A stretch of DNA of 64,000 nt from a virus: positions 4,092 to 68,091 of the IMG/VR virus record IMGVR_UViG_3300030107_004520; one strand, written 5' to 3'. The notes under the pieces are model-generated. The model saw only the letters and a list, made by a program, of their open reading frames with translations, searched no databases and was not told the origin of the DNA. Both the position numbers and the translations under genes were made by a program. Below, in pieces: positions 49,365-57,618 of the stretch. Position 1 is the stretch's first letter, and the number at the start of each line of letters is the position of its first letter.

Positions 49365-50913
49365 CTACTCGTATGTTTGAAATTACACAATCAGCGGATA
49401 TTATAGTAGTCACAACAGAAACCGCATTTTTAAGTGCAGACTTAGTAACAAGTACAGGATCAATTATTCCTGAATCAATCATATTAACGGCTTCGCCTGT
49501 TACAACATCTATACCTAAACCTTTAGCAGGTCTTGGTTCTACTTGTTCTAAACCTGCATTAGCAAGTACAGTATGAAAAGGAGCTGTTATAGCTTTAAGT
49601 AGTATCTCTTCACCCACCGCTTTAGCGGTGATTTTTTGTGAAGCATTTAATAGTGCTACACCACCACCTGGAACAATACCTTCTTTTAACGCAGCTTTTG
49701 TAGCGTATATTGCATCCTCTACTCTATCTTTCTTTTCTTTCATCTCAACTTTAGAATTAGCACCTACTTTTACAATCCCTACAGAACCTGAAAGCATTGC
49801 CAGTCTTTGCCTATGTTTTTTCTGTATAAACGGATTTTTATCCCATTTATCTATAGTTTTCTTAATACTCTCAATTCTTTCTTCCATTTCATCTTCTGGA
49901 GTATCTATAGTTAAAACTGTATTTTTATCATCCGTTATAGCTGTATAAGCCTCTCCTAAGCAATCTATATCGATTAAATCAAGGTCATCACCTAATTCTT
50001 CATTTATCACTTTGGCTCCAACTAAAAAAGCTAAATCTTCTAAGGTGTCTTGTTTTGTAGGTCCAAAACCTGGTAAATCTACTATGTTGATCTTTATATT
50101 ACCTTTAACTTTGTTCATAAGTAAAGCGGCTTTAACTTGTTGATCTACTGGTGCTACTACCAATAAAGCGCGTTTATTTTTTATAACATACTCTAATATC
50201 TTTTGTATTTTCCTTATATTAGGTATTTCTGAAGATACTATTAGTACTAGTGGGTTGTCAAGCTCACACACTTGTTTATCTTTGTCTGTTATAAAATGTG
50301 GGGATGTAAGACCAACGTCTATTTGCACACCGTCAACTATCTCGACGTATGTTTGTTCGGTTGGTGACTCTTCCATTAAAACCACACCATCTTTACCTAC
50401 TTTCTCATAAGCTTCCGCTATAATCTTTCCTAGTTCCGCATCATTATTACAACTAATTGAACTAACAGATTCCAGCATATCGCCCTCGATCTTGACAGAA
50501 GTCTTATCTAGATATTTATTTACTTTTTCTAGACCGGATTTTATCCCATCTTTTATTTCTCTAATAGATCCTTCGTGTTTATTTACTTCTTTTAACAAGG
50601 ATTCAGCAAGGACAGTAGCTGTAGTAGTACCGTCACCCGCCTCTCTCACTGTATTTTTAGCAGCTTCTTTAATAAGGGTTGCTCCCATATTCTCAACCGG
50701 GTCAAATAAGACTACGCTTTCAGCTACGGTTACACCATCTTTTGTTATGACCGGGTTTCCTCGTGCATCTTCGTAAATAACACACTTACCAGATGCTCCT
50801 AAGGTTGATTTTACTGCTTTTGCAAGCTTTTCTACACCTGCAATTACCTTATTTTTGGCATTTTTACCAAAATTGAGATCTTTTACAATCTCACTTGGGT
50901 GATTATATTCCAT
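49351..50913 (-). CDS. groEL: Chaperonin GroEL (phage-type)
   Basis: ITKDGVTVA, AGDGTTTATVLA, GIVPGGG, GIIDP; no GGM tail. Confidence 0.95.
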   Translation of the reverse strand: MEYNHPSEIVKDLNFGKNAKNKVIAGVEKLAKAVKSTLGASGKCVIYEDARGNPVITKDGVTVAESVVLFDPVENMGATLIKEAAKNTVREAGDGTTTATVLAESLLKEVNKHEGSIREIKDGIKSGLEKVNKYLDKTSVKIEGDMLESVSSISCNNDAELGKIIAEAYEKVGKDGVVLMEESPTEQTYVEIVDGVQIDVGLTSPHFITDKDKQVCELDNPLVLIVSSEIPNIRKIQKILEYVIKNKRALLVVAPVDQQVKAALLMNKVKGNIKINIVDLPGFGPTKQDTLEDLAFLVGAKVINEELGDDLDLIDIDCLGEAYTAITDDKNTVLTIDTPEDEMEERIESIKKTIDKWDKNPFIQKKHRQRLAMLSGSVGIVKVGANSKVEMKEKKDRVEDAIYATKAALKEGIVPGGGVALLNASQKITAKAVGEEILLKAITAPFHTVLANAGLEQVEPRPAKGLGIDVVTGEAVNMIDSGIIDPVLVTKSALKNAVSVVTTIISADCVISNIRVDESS

Positions 50914-50941
50914 ATTTGATTAAATTTGATTAAATTTTGTT

Positions 50942-51235
50942 TTATTCGAATGTTTTTACAACTTTTGGGCCTTTTATAGCCTCTAACTTTTTCGAGAAAT
51001 GGTCGATGCTACCATCAATTGCTGCTTCAGCACCTTCTATGGTTTCTCGTCTGGTTACATCGTGCCATTCCTTTTCGTTATTAGGATTTTGGCACTCCGT
51101 TTGGTAAAATCCATTGGGTAATTGGGTAATCCTCCAGTTCTTTTTCTCTGCAAGATGTGTCCATTGCTCAATAGTTTTTTCATTCGGTTTTTGGTTGCTA
51201 GTATAAGTACTAGTCTTGTAATATAAATAAGTCAT
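50942..51235 (-). CDS. Conserved hypothetical protein
   Basis: WRITQLPNGFYQTE...VTRRETIEGAE. Confidence 0.6.
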   Translation of the reverse strand: MTYLYYKTSTYTSNQKPNEKTIEQWTHLAEKKNWRITQLPNGFYQTECQNPNNEKEWHDVTRRETIEGAEAAIDGSIDHFSKKLEAIKGPKVVKTFE

Positions 51236-51279
51236 TTTTTTGGTTTTTTTGGTTAATAACTTGGTTCTAGGGTCTTTCC

Positions 51280-51549
51280 CTATTTCTTTTTTCTATATCT
51301 TTGCTCTGCTTCAGAGCCAGCTGCATCTAAAGCTTTTAAGTCACCAGGTTTTACAAGAGAAACGCTTTGGTTTACCTTACCAACCTCTATCGCTTGCTTT
51401 TTTCGTTTTTTAACATACTTAGCTATCTTATCTTCTTTTTCTGTATGAGGATGGGGATGCGCAAATCCAGCCTCGCTTTTAGTATGCTTCATGGGACTTT
51501 TAAATGGAAAACCACTATTATTATATTTCATTTTAAATGGTCCTGACAT
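51280..51549 (-). CDS. Small basic protein with FKMK tag
   Basis: MSGPFKMK...KSPMKH. Confidence 0.55.
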   Translation of the reverse strand: MSGPFKMKYNNSGFPFKSPMKHTKSEAGFAHPHPHTEKEDKIAKYVKKRKKQAIEVGKVNQSVSLVKPGDLKALDAAGSEAEQRYRKKK

Positions 51550-51563
51550 AATGTTTATTTTTT

Positions 51564-51908
51564 TTATCCTTTAAGCTTTTTGGTTTTTTTAGTTTTTTTA
51601 TGTGTTGATTTCATATGTTCTTCAACGCGTCTTTTTGAGGCTTTTCTTGCCGCTATTTCCTCATCATGTTTCTTTTCCCTCTGATAACCTTCTTTAAAAG
51701 CTTCTAAGGATCTTGTTCCTGGGAATCTCGGACTAGCTCCAATAGGAACGTCTGCAGCCAAAGCGGCTTCTTTCACTCCCATTCCTATTTGAGTTAATTT
51801 GTCCCATGCTTTTCTCGGTAATGATCTTTCGTCACTAGATGTTTTTTTTAATACCGACGTCATTTTTAATAATGTCGGTCCTTTCATTTTAAATGGTTTG
51901 TATGTCAT
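51564..51908 (-). CDS. Small basic protein with FKMK tag
   Basis: MTYKPFKMKG...SVLKK. Confidence 0.55.
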   Translation of the reverse strand: MTYKPFKMKGPTLLKMTSVLKKTSSDERSLPRKAWDKLTQIGMGVKEAALAADVPIGASPRFPGTRSLEAFKEGYQREKKHDEEIAARKASKRRVEEHMKSTHKKTKKTKKLKG

Positions 51909-51912
51909 AATT

Positions 51913-52656
51913 TTAAGCTTTTTTAGTCTTTTTTAGTTTAGTAGTATCGTCCATAGCAAGATTATGTTTTTTATAAAAATCTATACGAGCTTGTGTTCCT
52001 GATTTTGGGGCCTTACTCCATGGAATTTTACCTTCACTCTTCTTTTTCTTTTTTCCCCAACCTTGAAAATTTTGGTCCATTGTCTCAGTAGCTCCTGTAT
52101 ATGGAAGCGCGCCTGTTTTTTGTTCAGCTAGTTGCTTTGCTTTATCTTTTTTTTTCTGTTCTTTTCTATAATATTTTTTAAAATTTCTATATCTTTCTCC
52201 AGGAGTTTTTGAACCACCTACTTCCAAAAAATGTAATGTAGCTAATCCCGCTGATTTAATTTTATCAATTGTTCTTGTTTTTCTGGTACCATCTTTTTTT
52301 CCTTTAGCTTTATATTTCATAGCACCTCTAGCGCCTGCACCTGCCGCAGCACCTGTAGCAGCCATTGACTCCATCGAAGGCTCATCTCCACCTAAAGCTT
52401 GCCGCATTTGGGATAGATCAGTGTTTTGACTTACATGAAACTTTTCCTTTCCAGAAAGTGCATCATACTTTGCTTTTTCTTCTGGAGTTAATTGTTTTAA
52501 TAAATCTGTTCTTGCTTTTGATTTACGAGCTCGCTCTACCATTTCATCACCCACCATATCAAAAGGAGATGTACTACCCATCATTTTGTATGACGGTGCG
52601 TTTCCAGATTTTAAAGTAAACTTAGCTCCTTTTTTATATTTTCCTATTCCTGCCAT
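51913..52656 (-). CDS. Basic protein with variant tag
   Basis: FTLKSG..SYKMMGSTSPF. Confidence 0.55.
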   Translation of the reverse strand: MAGIGKYKKGAKFTLKSGNAPSYKMMGSTSPFDMVGDEMVERARKSKARTDLLKQLTPEEKAKYDALSGKEKFHVSQNTDLSQMRQALGGDEPSMESMAATGAAAGAGARGAMKYKAKGKKDGTRKTRTIDKIKSAGLATLHFLEVGGSKTPGERYRNFKKYYRKEQKKKDKAKQLAEQKTGALPYTGATETMDQNFQGWGKKKKKSEGKIPWSKAPKSGTQARIDFYKKHNLAMDDTTKLKKTKKA

Positions 52657-52681
52657 TTTTTTTATTTTTAATTGTTATTAT

Positions 52682-52969
52682 TTACTCTATTGCCATTCCT
52701 TCATCTATAACCTCGTCATCTACGCTTGGCATATCACCCGCACCTTCAGGTTCTCCTTCACCTCCTGATACTTTGTATCCAGTTACTTTTTCTACAGTCT
52801 TACCAGTTCCTTCAAGTAATTCTTGAGGCCCTTCATCTTTTCTTCTTCCCATAAGACGACCTGCAGCGAAACCTGCAGCTGCTCCTAAAAAATTCATTGG
52901 ACTATTTTCTCCACTTACATGTTTGTGTATGGAGGTTCCCATTACGGTTCCTTTTCTTGATCCTTTCAT
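52682..52969 (-). CDS. Small protein with partial tag
   Basis: MKGS...NSPMNF. Confidence 0.5.
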   Translation of the reverse strand: MKGSRKGTVMGTSIHKHVSGENSPMNFLGAAAGFAAGRLMGRRKDEGPQELLEGTGKTVEKVTGYKVSGGEGEPEGAGDMPSVDDEVIDEGMAIE

Positions 52970-52971
52970 AA

Positions 52972-53643
52972 TTATGTTTTTAGAGTTTGTTTTCTTTTAT
53001 TCCAAGCCATAGCTTGATTCTCGAAATCTTTAAAATTATTATATCTTTTCTTCATTTCAGCAGGCATACTAGCCCAAGCTTCCTTGTAGGTTTTTTTCTT
53101 ATTAGTTGGTAATTTAGTAACACCTTTATTTTTGAGTTCGTTAGTAGATACCGCTGCCATTTTATTAGAATCTTTTTTACCTACACCAGCGTGCTCAATA
53201 ATACCTTCAACTATATCTTTAGTTCCAGATGCTTTACTATATACATCCGTATGCTTATCAAATTTTCCTGCAATCCTAGCCCCTTCTCTAAAAGCACCAC
53301 GTGCTAATTTACCACCTGCAACAACCTGACCTAATCCAGGTATCATCATTAATGCGTTTGATGCTGCTTCTCCCCATTTTCCTCTAGCTAAAGATATTAT
53401 TGTATTCGCAGCATCTGCTGCAATACCACCTCCAGGCGTCATTCCCATGCCAGTTAAAGCAAGTTGCGTTTTATCTAAGTTTTCAGGTGACGCATACTCC
53501 TTTGCTTTAGACCACATACCTTTTAAATCAAATTGCATAGGTGATCCAACTCCACCTTCAGGCATACCGATACCAAAGTTCTTTTGGAACGGTGTCGAAT
53601 ACCCGGCTGCAGTAGCTTTCATTTTAAAAGGTTTATATTCCAT
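52972..53643 (-). CDS. FKMK-tagged protein with pre-toxin-TG-like helical segment; first gene of the late block
   Basis: MEYKPFKMK...SPMQF; GMTPGGGIAADAANTIISLARGKWGEAA..LMMIPGLG; ATG 53643 chosen as start. Confidence 0.55.
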   Translation of the reverse strand: MEYKPFKMKATAAGYSTPFQKNFGIGMPEGGVGSPMQFDLKGMWSKAKEYASPENLDKTQLALTGMGMTPGGGIAADAANTIISLARGKWGEAASNALMMIPGLGQVVAGGKLARGAFREGARIAGKFDKHTDVYSKASGTKDIVEGIIEHAGVGKKDSNKMAAVSTNELKNKGVTKLPTNKKKTYKEAWASMPAEMKKRYNNFKDFENQAMAWNKRKQTLKT

Positions 53644-53668
53644 GTTTTTTTTAATTAGCACTATAATC

Positions 53669-53700
53669 TATATGATTACATGGAAAAGTGGATTTTTACA
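53669..53700 (-). promoter_or_regulatory. Candidate late promoter at the head of the virion block
   Basis: TGTAAAA-N13-TGTAATCATATA, about 25 nt before ATG 53643. Confidence 0.55.
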
Positions 53701-53724
53701 ACTGTGTGACATTAGCTTGTTACT

Positions 53725-53900
53725 CCTATATCCTATAACCTATATCCTATCCTAGATATTAGGAACTAATATCCTTAGGTATAGAAAAACATATTATAAA
53801 TATAGGGGTACTGTGTTGCCCCCTCCCTCTACCCCCCTCCCCTCCCCACAGAAACTCAATCCCTTAACCCAGCCCCGTATGACCCTTTTCACCCCTTTCA
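53725..53900. repeat. Low-complexity divergence zone: CCTATA-like repeats and a C-tract (G-quadruplex-capable on the minus strand)
   Basis: cctatatcctataacctatatcctatcctag and CCCCCTCCCTCTACCCCCCTCCCCTCCCC (53819-53847). Confidence 0.7.
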
Positions 53901-53951
53901 ATCCTTTTTCAACACTTTCTTATTACGAATCATTTCAGATAATATATATGT

Positions 53952-54047
53952 ATGAAAACAATAATAGAAATATATAAAATCGGAATTTGTCTCCTCTTCT
54001 CACCAATTATAATTACATTCTTAATGGTGAATGAATTGATAGACTAG
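53952..54047 (+). CDS. 31-aa membrane peptide
   Basis: MKTIIEIYKIGICLLFSPIIITFLMVNELID*, directly after promoter copy 1. Confidence 0.45.
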   Translation: MKTIIEIYKIGICLLFSPIIITFLMVNELID

Positions 54048-54056
54048 TCGTCAGTG

Positions 54057-54139
54057 GGTTGTATAAGGTCTACCTCTACTATGTAGTTGACAACCGTAGA
54101 CGAGATGTAGTGTGACCAGATTGGTATGCATCTCCAACC
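54057..54139 (+). ncRNA. Structured RNA, copy 1 (three-way junction)
   Basis: GGTTG/CAACC, GTCTAC/GTAGAC, CTAC/GTAG, GAGATGTA/TGCATCTC, ACCA/TGGT; covaries with copy 2. Confidence 0.75.
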
Positions 54140-54368
54140 TCAATATGCTGACTAAATACGAACTATAATAGATAATATAAATAACTAATAATAATAATTA
54201 AATAATTAAATATGAAAAATAAATTAACTGGAAGATATATCCAACATTATTATGACGCAGCAGTAGCTGGCATAATAACAATAGATGAATTCTTCGAATT
54301 GTCAATGATTCTACCTACTAGAAATCTATATAAAAGAAATTCGCAGATTCTGAATATATTATAAAACA

Positions 54369-54413
54369 GTGACAATAGCCTGTTACTAATACCTCTTAAT
54401 AGGCTTATGTCAC
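54369..54413. promoter_or_regulatory. Imperfect inverted repeat GTGACAATAGCCT...AGGCTTATGTCAC (operator/origin-like)
   Basis: Related copy at 61289-61332 and half-site at 53706-53724. Confidence 0.65.
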
Positions 54414-54745
54414 AGTGTGGTCTGACTTTGAAATAGCGTTGAAAGATTATACTCCAACCTACGTCATACTTTCTGTGTCATAATGTCATGTCAAGATGTC
54501 ACATTATTAATCACAGGGTAAATACGACTCAATTTAGATAATATAAATGTAAACAAACTAAAATGAATAATAAATATAAATTGAATATGACAAATTGTCA
54601 GTGACAAAGAGTCATGGTGGTATACCAGTAGTATAAAAATATCAAATAAATAAATTACATACTTTTATACGAACTAAATACGAGATAAAATAGATAATAG
54701 AATAAAGATAAATAAATAAATTAATAATTAAATAAAAAAAAAATT

Positions 54746-54991
54746 ATGTCAGTAGAAAAATTAGAAAAAACTTTAAAATCAAAAAGATTTGTAGTAAGAA
54801 AATCATTAATCGGTAAAAATGTAATAATTACATTCACTAATAAAAAAGGTGATGAAATAACATATAATCACGATAAAGTGTATGAACTTATGAAAGAAAA
54901 ACTTGAAACTTTACCATGTTGGGAAAAGTATAAAAGTTACACTGCAACTAATAATATACCATTAGTATGTCGTGGAGTGGAGTTAGTTTAA
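54746..54991 (+). CDS. Early hypothetical protein
   Basis: Downstream of promoter copy 4; followed by a hairpin. Confidence 0.7.
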   Translation: MSVEKLEKTLKSKRFVVRKSLIGKNVIITFTNKKGDEITYNHDKVYELMKEKLETLPCWEKYKSYTATNNIPLVCRGVELV

Positions 54992-55004
54992 TAACTCTAC
55001 TTTT
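54975..55004 (+). terminator. Terminator-like hairpin
   Basis: GAGTGGAGTTA-GTTTAA-TAACTCTACTTTT. Confidence 0.55.
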
Positions 55005-55007
55005 CGT

Positions 55008-55100
55008 CTCGATATTATAAGATTCACCTTCACCGAGGTAGGTGACGACAACCGTGAGTACACTGTAGTTGGACCAAAATGGTATATAGTGTGTGTCGAG
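55008..55100 (+). ncRNA. Structured RNA, copy 2 (three-way junction)
   Basis: CTCGATAT/GTGTCGAG, ATTCAC/GTGAGT, TCACC/GGTGA, ACACTGTA/TATAGTGT, ACCA/TGGT. Confidence 0.75.
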
Positions 55101-55113
55101 TATAAATAAACTA

Positions 55114-55157
55114 AGTAGTCTTGGAGTATAAGTGAGTTCGATTCTCACACTACTACA
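55114..55157 (+). ncRNA. tRNA-like minihelix (acceptor stem plus T arm, no anticodon arm)
   Basis: AGTAGT-CTTGGAGTATAA-GTGAG-TTCGATT-CTCAC-ACTACT-ACA. Confidence 0.55.
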
Positions 55158-55443
55158 ATTAAATTAATATAAATTAAATAAATAAATTAGTATGAGTAAG
55201 AATTGTGAAAATGCGAGAAATATAGTGTTAGGAGTTTGGATAACTCTAGTAAGTATTGTAGTACTATTTTCAAGCTACTAATGGAGTTATACGAAGCGAT
55301 ACCAATGCCAGATGGTGACCCAATAGAACACTTGAAAATAACAGTGATTCTAATAGCTATTTGGTATTTGGTGACGTTAGTGAATGATAAAATTACAAGA
55401 TAAATACGAATGTTATTAGATAATATAATAAAGATATAAAAAT

Positions 55444-55722
55444 ATGAGTAGAAAAATAATACTAGAGTCATACGAGAATAACACTGTTTATGGTGTAAGT
55501 GTATTCGATAGTTATGGAGTTGAGCATCACTTAGGTGATATTAATGCGAGTGATATAGGAATTTTAAAAATTCATGATAGAAGTATTGCTTCTCATGCTC
55601 ACCAAATATGGTCAGATGAAGTAGAACCTGAAGAGAATTTACTTGGAAATGCTATTAGAGCGTGTAATGAACTTGACAAAGAAAATGGTTTATTAAGAGG
55701 AAATAGTGACGGATTAGATTAA
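55444..55722 (+). CDS. Early hypothetical protein
   Basis: Follows promoter copy 5. Confidence 0.65.
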   Translation: MSRKIILESYENNTVYGVSVFDSYGVEHHLGDINASDIGILKIHDRSIASHAHQIWSDEVEPEENLLGNAIRACNELDKENGLLRGNSDGLD

Positions 55723-56050
55723 AAATAGAAATTATGAGAATAGAATGTAAATTATGTAAAAGAAATTTAACTGGTCAAGCAATAGCTTTATTAGAAGGTA
55801 AAATAAAAGAAATTATTTGCAAATGTCAAGTTAAAAATAAAATTAAAAAATAGAAATTATGAAATATAAAGACGAATTACAAGAAAAATTAGCAAAAGAA
55901 TATGGATTAGATATTTTAATTACTAATCATGCTTATGATAATAAACCATTTAATGAAAATACTAAAGAGGTATATTTTAAGCAATTTGATAAATTCTTAG
56001 CTAAATTAAAAGAAAAAAACGGAATAACTAATTATTAAAAAATAGAAATT

Positions 56051-56167
56051 ATGAGAAAATTATTAGCAATTATTGCAATCGCTACATTATTAGCGAGTTG
56101 CGCAAGTACGCCACATCACGCATGTGGAATCACTGAACTTAACAAGCAATACTCAAGGTGTAAGTAG
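56051..56167 (+). CDS. 38-aa lipoprotein
   Basis: MRKLLAIIAIATLLAS|CASTPHHACGITELNKQYSRCK*; lipobox LASC. Confidence 0.65.
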   Translation: MRKLLAIIAIATLLASCASTPHHACGITELNKQYSRCK

Positions 56168-56224
56168 TGTTAGGTTGGATGATATTAATAGCGGTAGTAT
56201 TAACTATGATTAAATGGATTAGAG

Positions 56225-56374
56225 ATGAAGACGAGACTTACGAATAAACAAAAGAGTAGAATCAGGCGGGAATTAGACTTAGAAATGGGTGTAAAACCGC
56301 CTAAATCCGCTATATTTAAGAATAAAAAGAAATATAATAGAAAGAAAAAACATAAAAATGAGCAAGAAAAATAA
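56225..56374 (+). CDS. 49-aa very basic protein with ArfA-like C-terminus
   Basis: ...SAIFKNKKKYNRKKKHK... Confidence 0.5.
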   Translation: MKTRLTNKQKSRIRRELDLEMGVKPPKSAIFKNKKKYNRKKKHKNEQEK

Positions 56375-56576
56375 ATATATAACAGTATTAGATTTTGAAG
56401 TAGGAAGAGTATTTCAATATAAAGTGGAACCTTTATGGGAAAATATGAGACCTAGAGCAGATTATGGAGAATATTTAACTATTAAAGGTCATAATTTAGC
56501 TAATTGTGAGTGGATGGTACATGATACTGCTCAAATAATTACTAAAGATGACTATAGAGAAGTAATATATAATTAA
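56358..56576 (+). CDS. Early hypothetical protein
   Basis: ITVLDF...GH...NCEWM. Confidence 0.6.
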   Translation: MSKKNKYITVLDFEVGRVFQYKVEPLWENMRPRADYGEYLTIKGHNLANCEWMVHDTAQIITKDDYREVIYN

Positions 56577-56617
56577 ATATCACAAACTAAATACGAATAC
56601 TATTAGATAATAATAAT

Positions 56618-56827
56618 ATGATATGTAAATGTAAAAATATAATACCTGAGCAACGAGTTAATCTTGGCTACAGTGTGTGTATTAGTTGTTCTACTGTTGA
56701 ACAGTATGGCTGTGCACCACTAATTAATCATAAAACTGGTAATTCTATCCAGATTATGTCAAGCAGTGACGCTGCACGTATAGCTAAGTTGACTCAACGC
56801 CGAGGTTATGGTACAATGTTAAAATAA
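56618..56827 (+). CDS. DksA/TraR-like C4 zinc-finger protein
   Basis: CKC..IPEQR..LG...CISCS; follows promoter copy 6. Confidence 0.55.
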   Translation: MICKCKNIIPEQRVNLGYSVCISCSTVEQYGCAPLINHKTGNSIQIMSSSDAARIAKLTQRRGYGTMLK

Positions 56828-57081
56828 AGAAATATGAATAGAATAAAATTTTTAAAAGAAGATAAAATAAAGTTGAACGGTATACTTTATAAACCATATA
56901 AAATATGTGAATTACCACCAAGTTTTGGTAAAGATATATTAGAATGGTTCAATTATAAAGGTTATACATATATAGCAGAATAATATGGAATTAATAGCAA
57001 TAATAATGGTAGTAGGATATGCTTATGCAATTTACTTAATGTTAATGTATATCTACAACAATAATAAAAGAAGATGGTAAT

Positions 57082-57618
57082 ATGAATAGAAGAGAATACA
57101 ATAGTGATCCAAGGTATGCTAAAGTACTAGAGCAGATGGATTTACTAGGAATAATGGATATTAGTACAAAAAGACAAGCAGAAAATGGTACGATAGTATG
57201 GAAACTACCTATCAAAAACGAGTGGCCAGGAAATCAAGAGAATGCAACTTGTATTGAAGTAGCTAGTTTTAAAACTGGTTATGTACGTAATCAAAATAGT
57301 GCGTATAGTAATTACCAATTAAACAAACGGGTTGATGGTGAACCAAAATACTATAAACTATCTAATGGTGATTATAGAAAATATACACTCAAAGAATGTG
57401 TGTTAATACCAATAGAAATAGATAGATTAGAATACTTAATAAGCTATTGTATTAAAAATTATTACATAAAACGAGCTAATAAAGTGGTAAACGGTGAGTA
57501 TATACCTAAATGGAAAAATGAAGCAGATAAATCTGAGCAATTTGCAAAAGGATTTGGTCATGCCAACGAAACACAAGAAGTAGAAGTAATAATTAACGGA
57601 TTTAGATATAAAATATAA
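57082..57618 (+). CDS. Early hypothetical protein
   Basis: 178-aa ORF. Confidence 0.7.
   Translation: MNRREYNSDPRYAKVLEQMDLLGIMDISTKRQAENGTIVWKLPIKNEWPGNQENATCIEVASFKTGYVRNQNSAYSNYQLNKRVDGEPKYYKLSNGDYRKYTLKECVLIPIEIDRLEYLISYCIKNYYIKRANKVVNGEYIPKWKNEADKSEQFAKGFGHANETQEVEVIINGFRYKI

Noticed and set aside
13012-53755. Many + strand ORFs antisense to the late genes, and short - strand ORFs in the + blocks
   Set aside because: Shadow ORFs with S/L/F-rich composition that lie inside well-supported genes on the opposite strand
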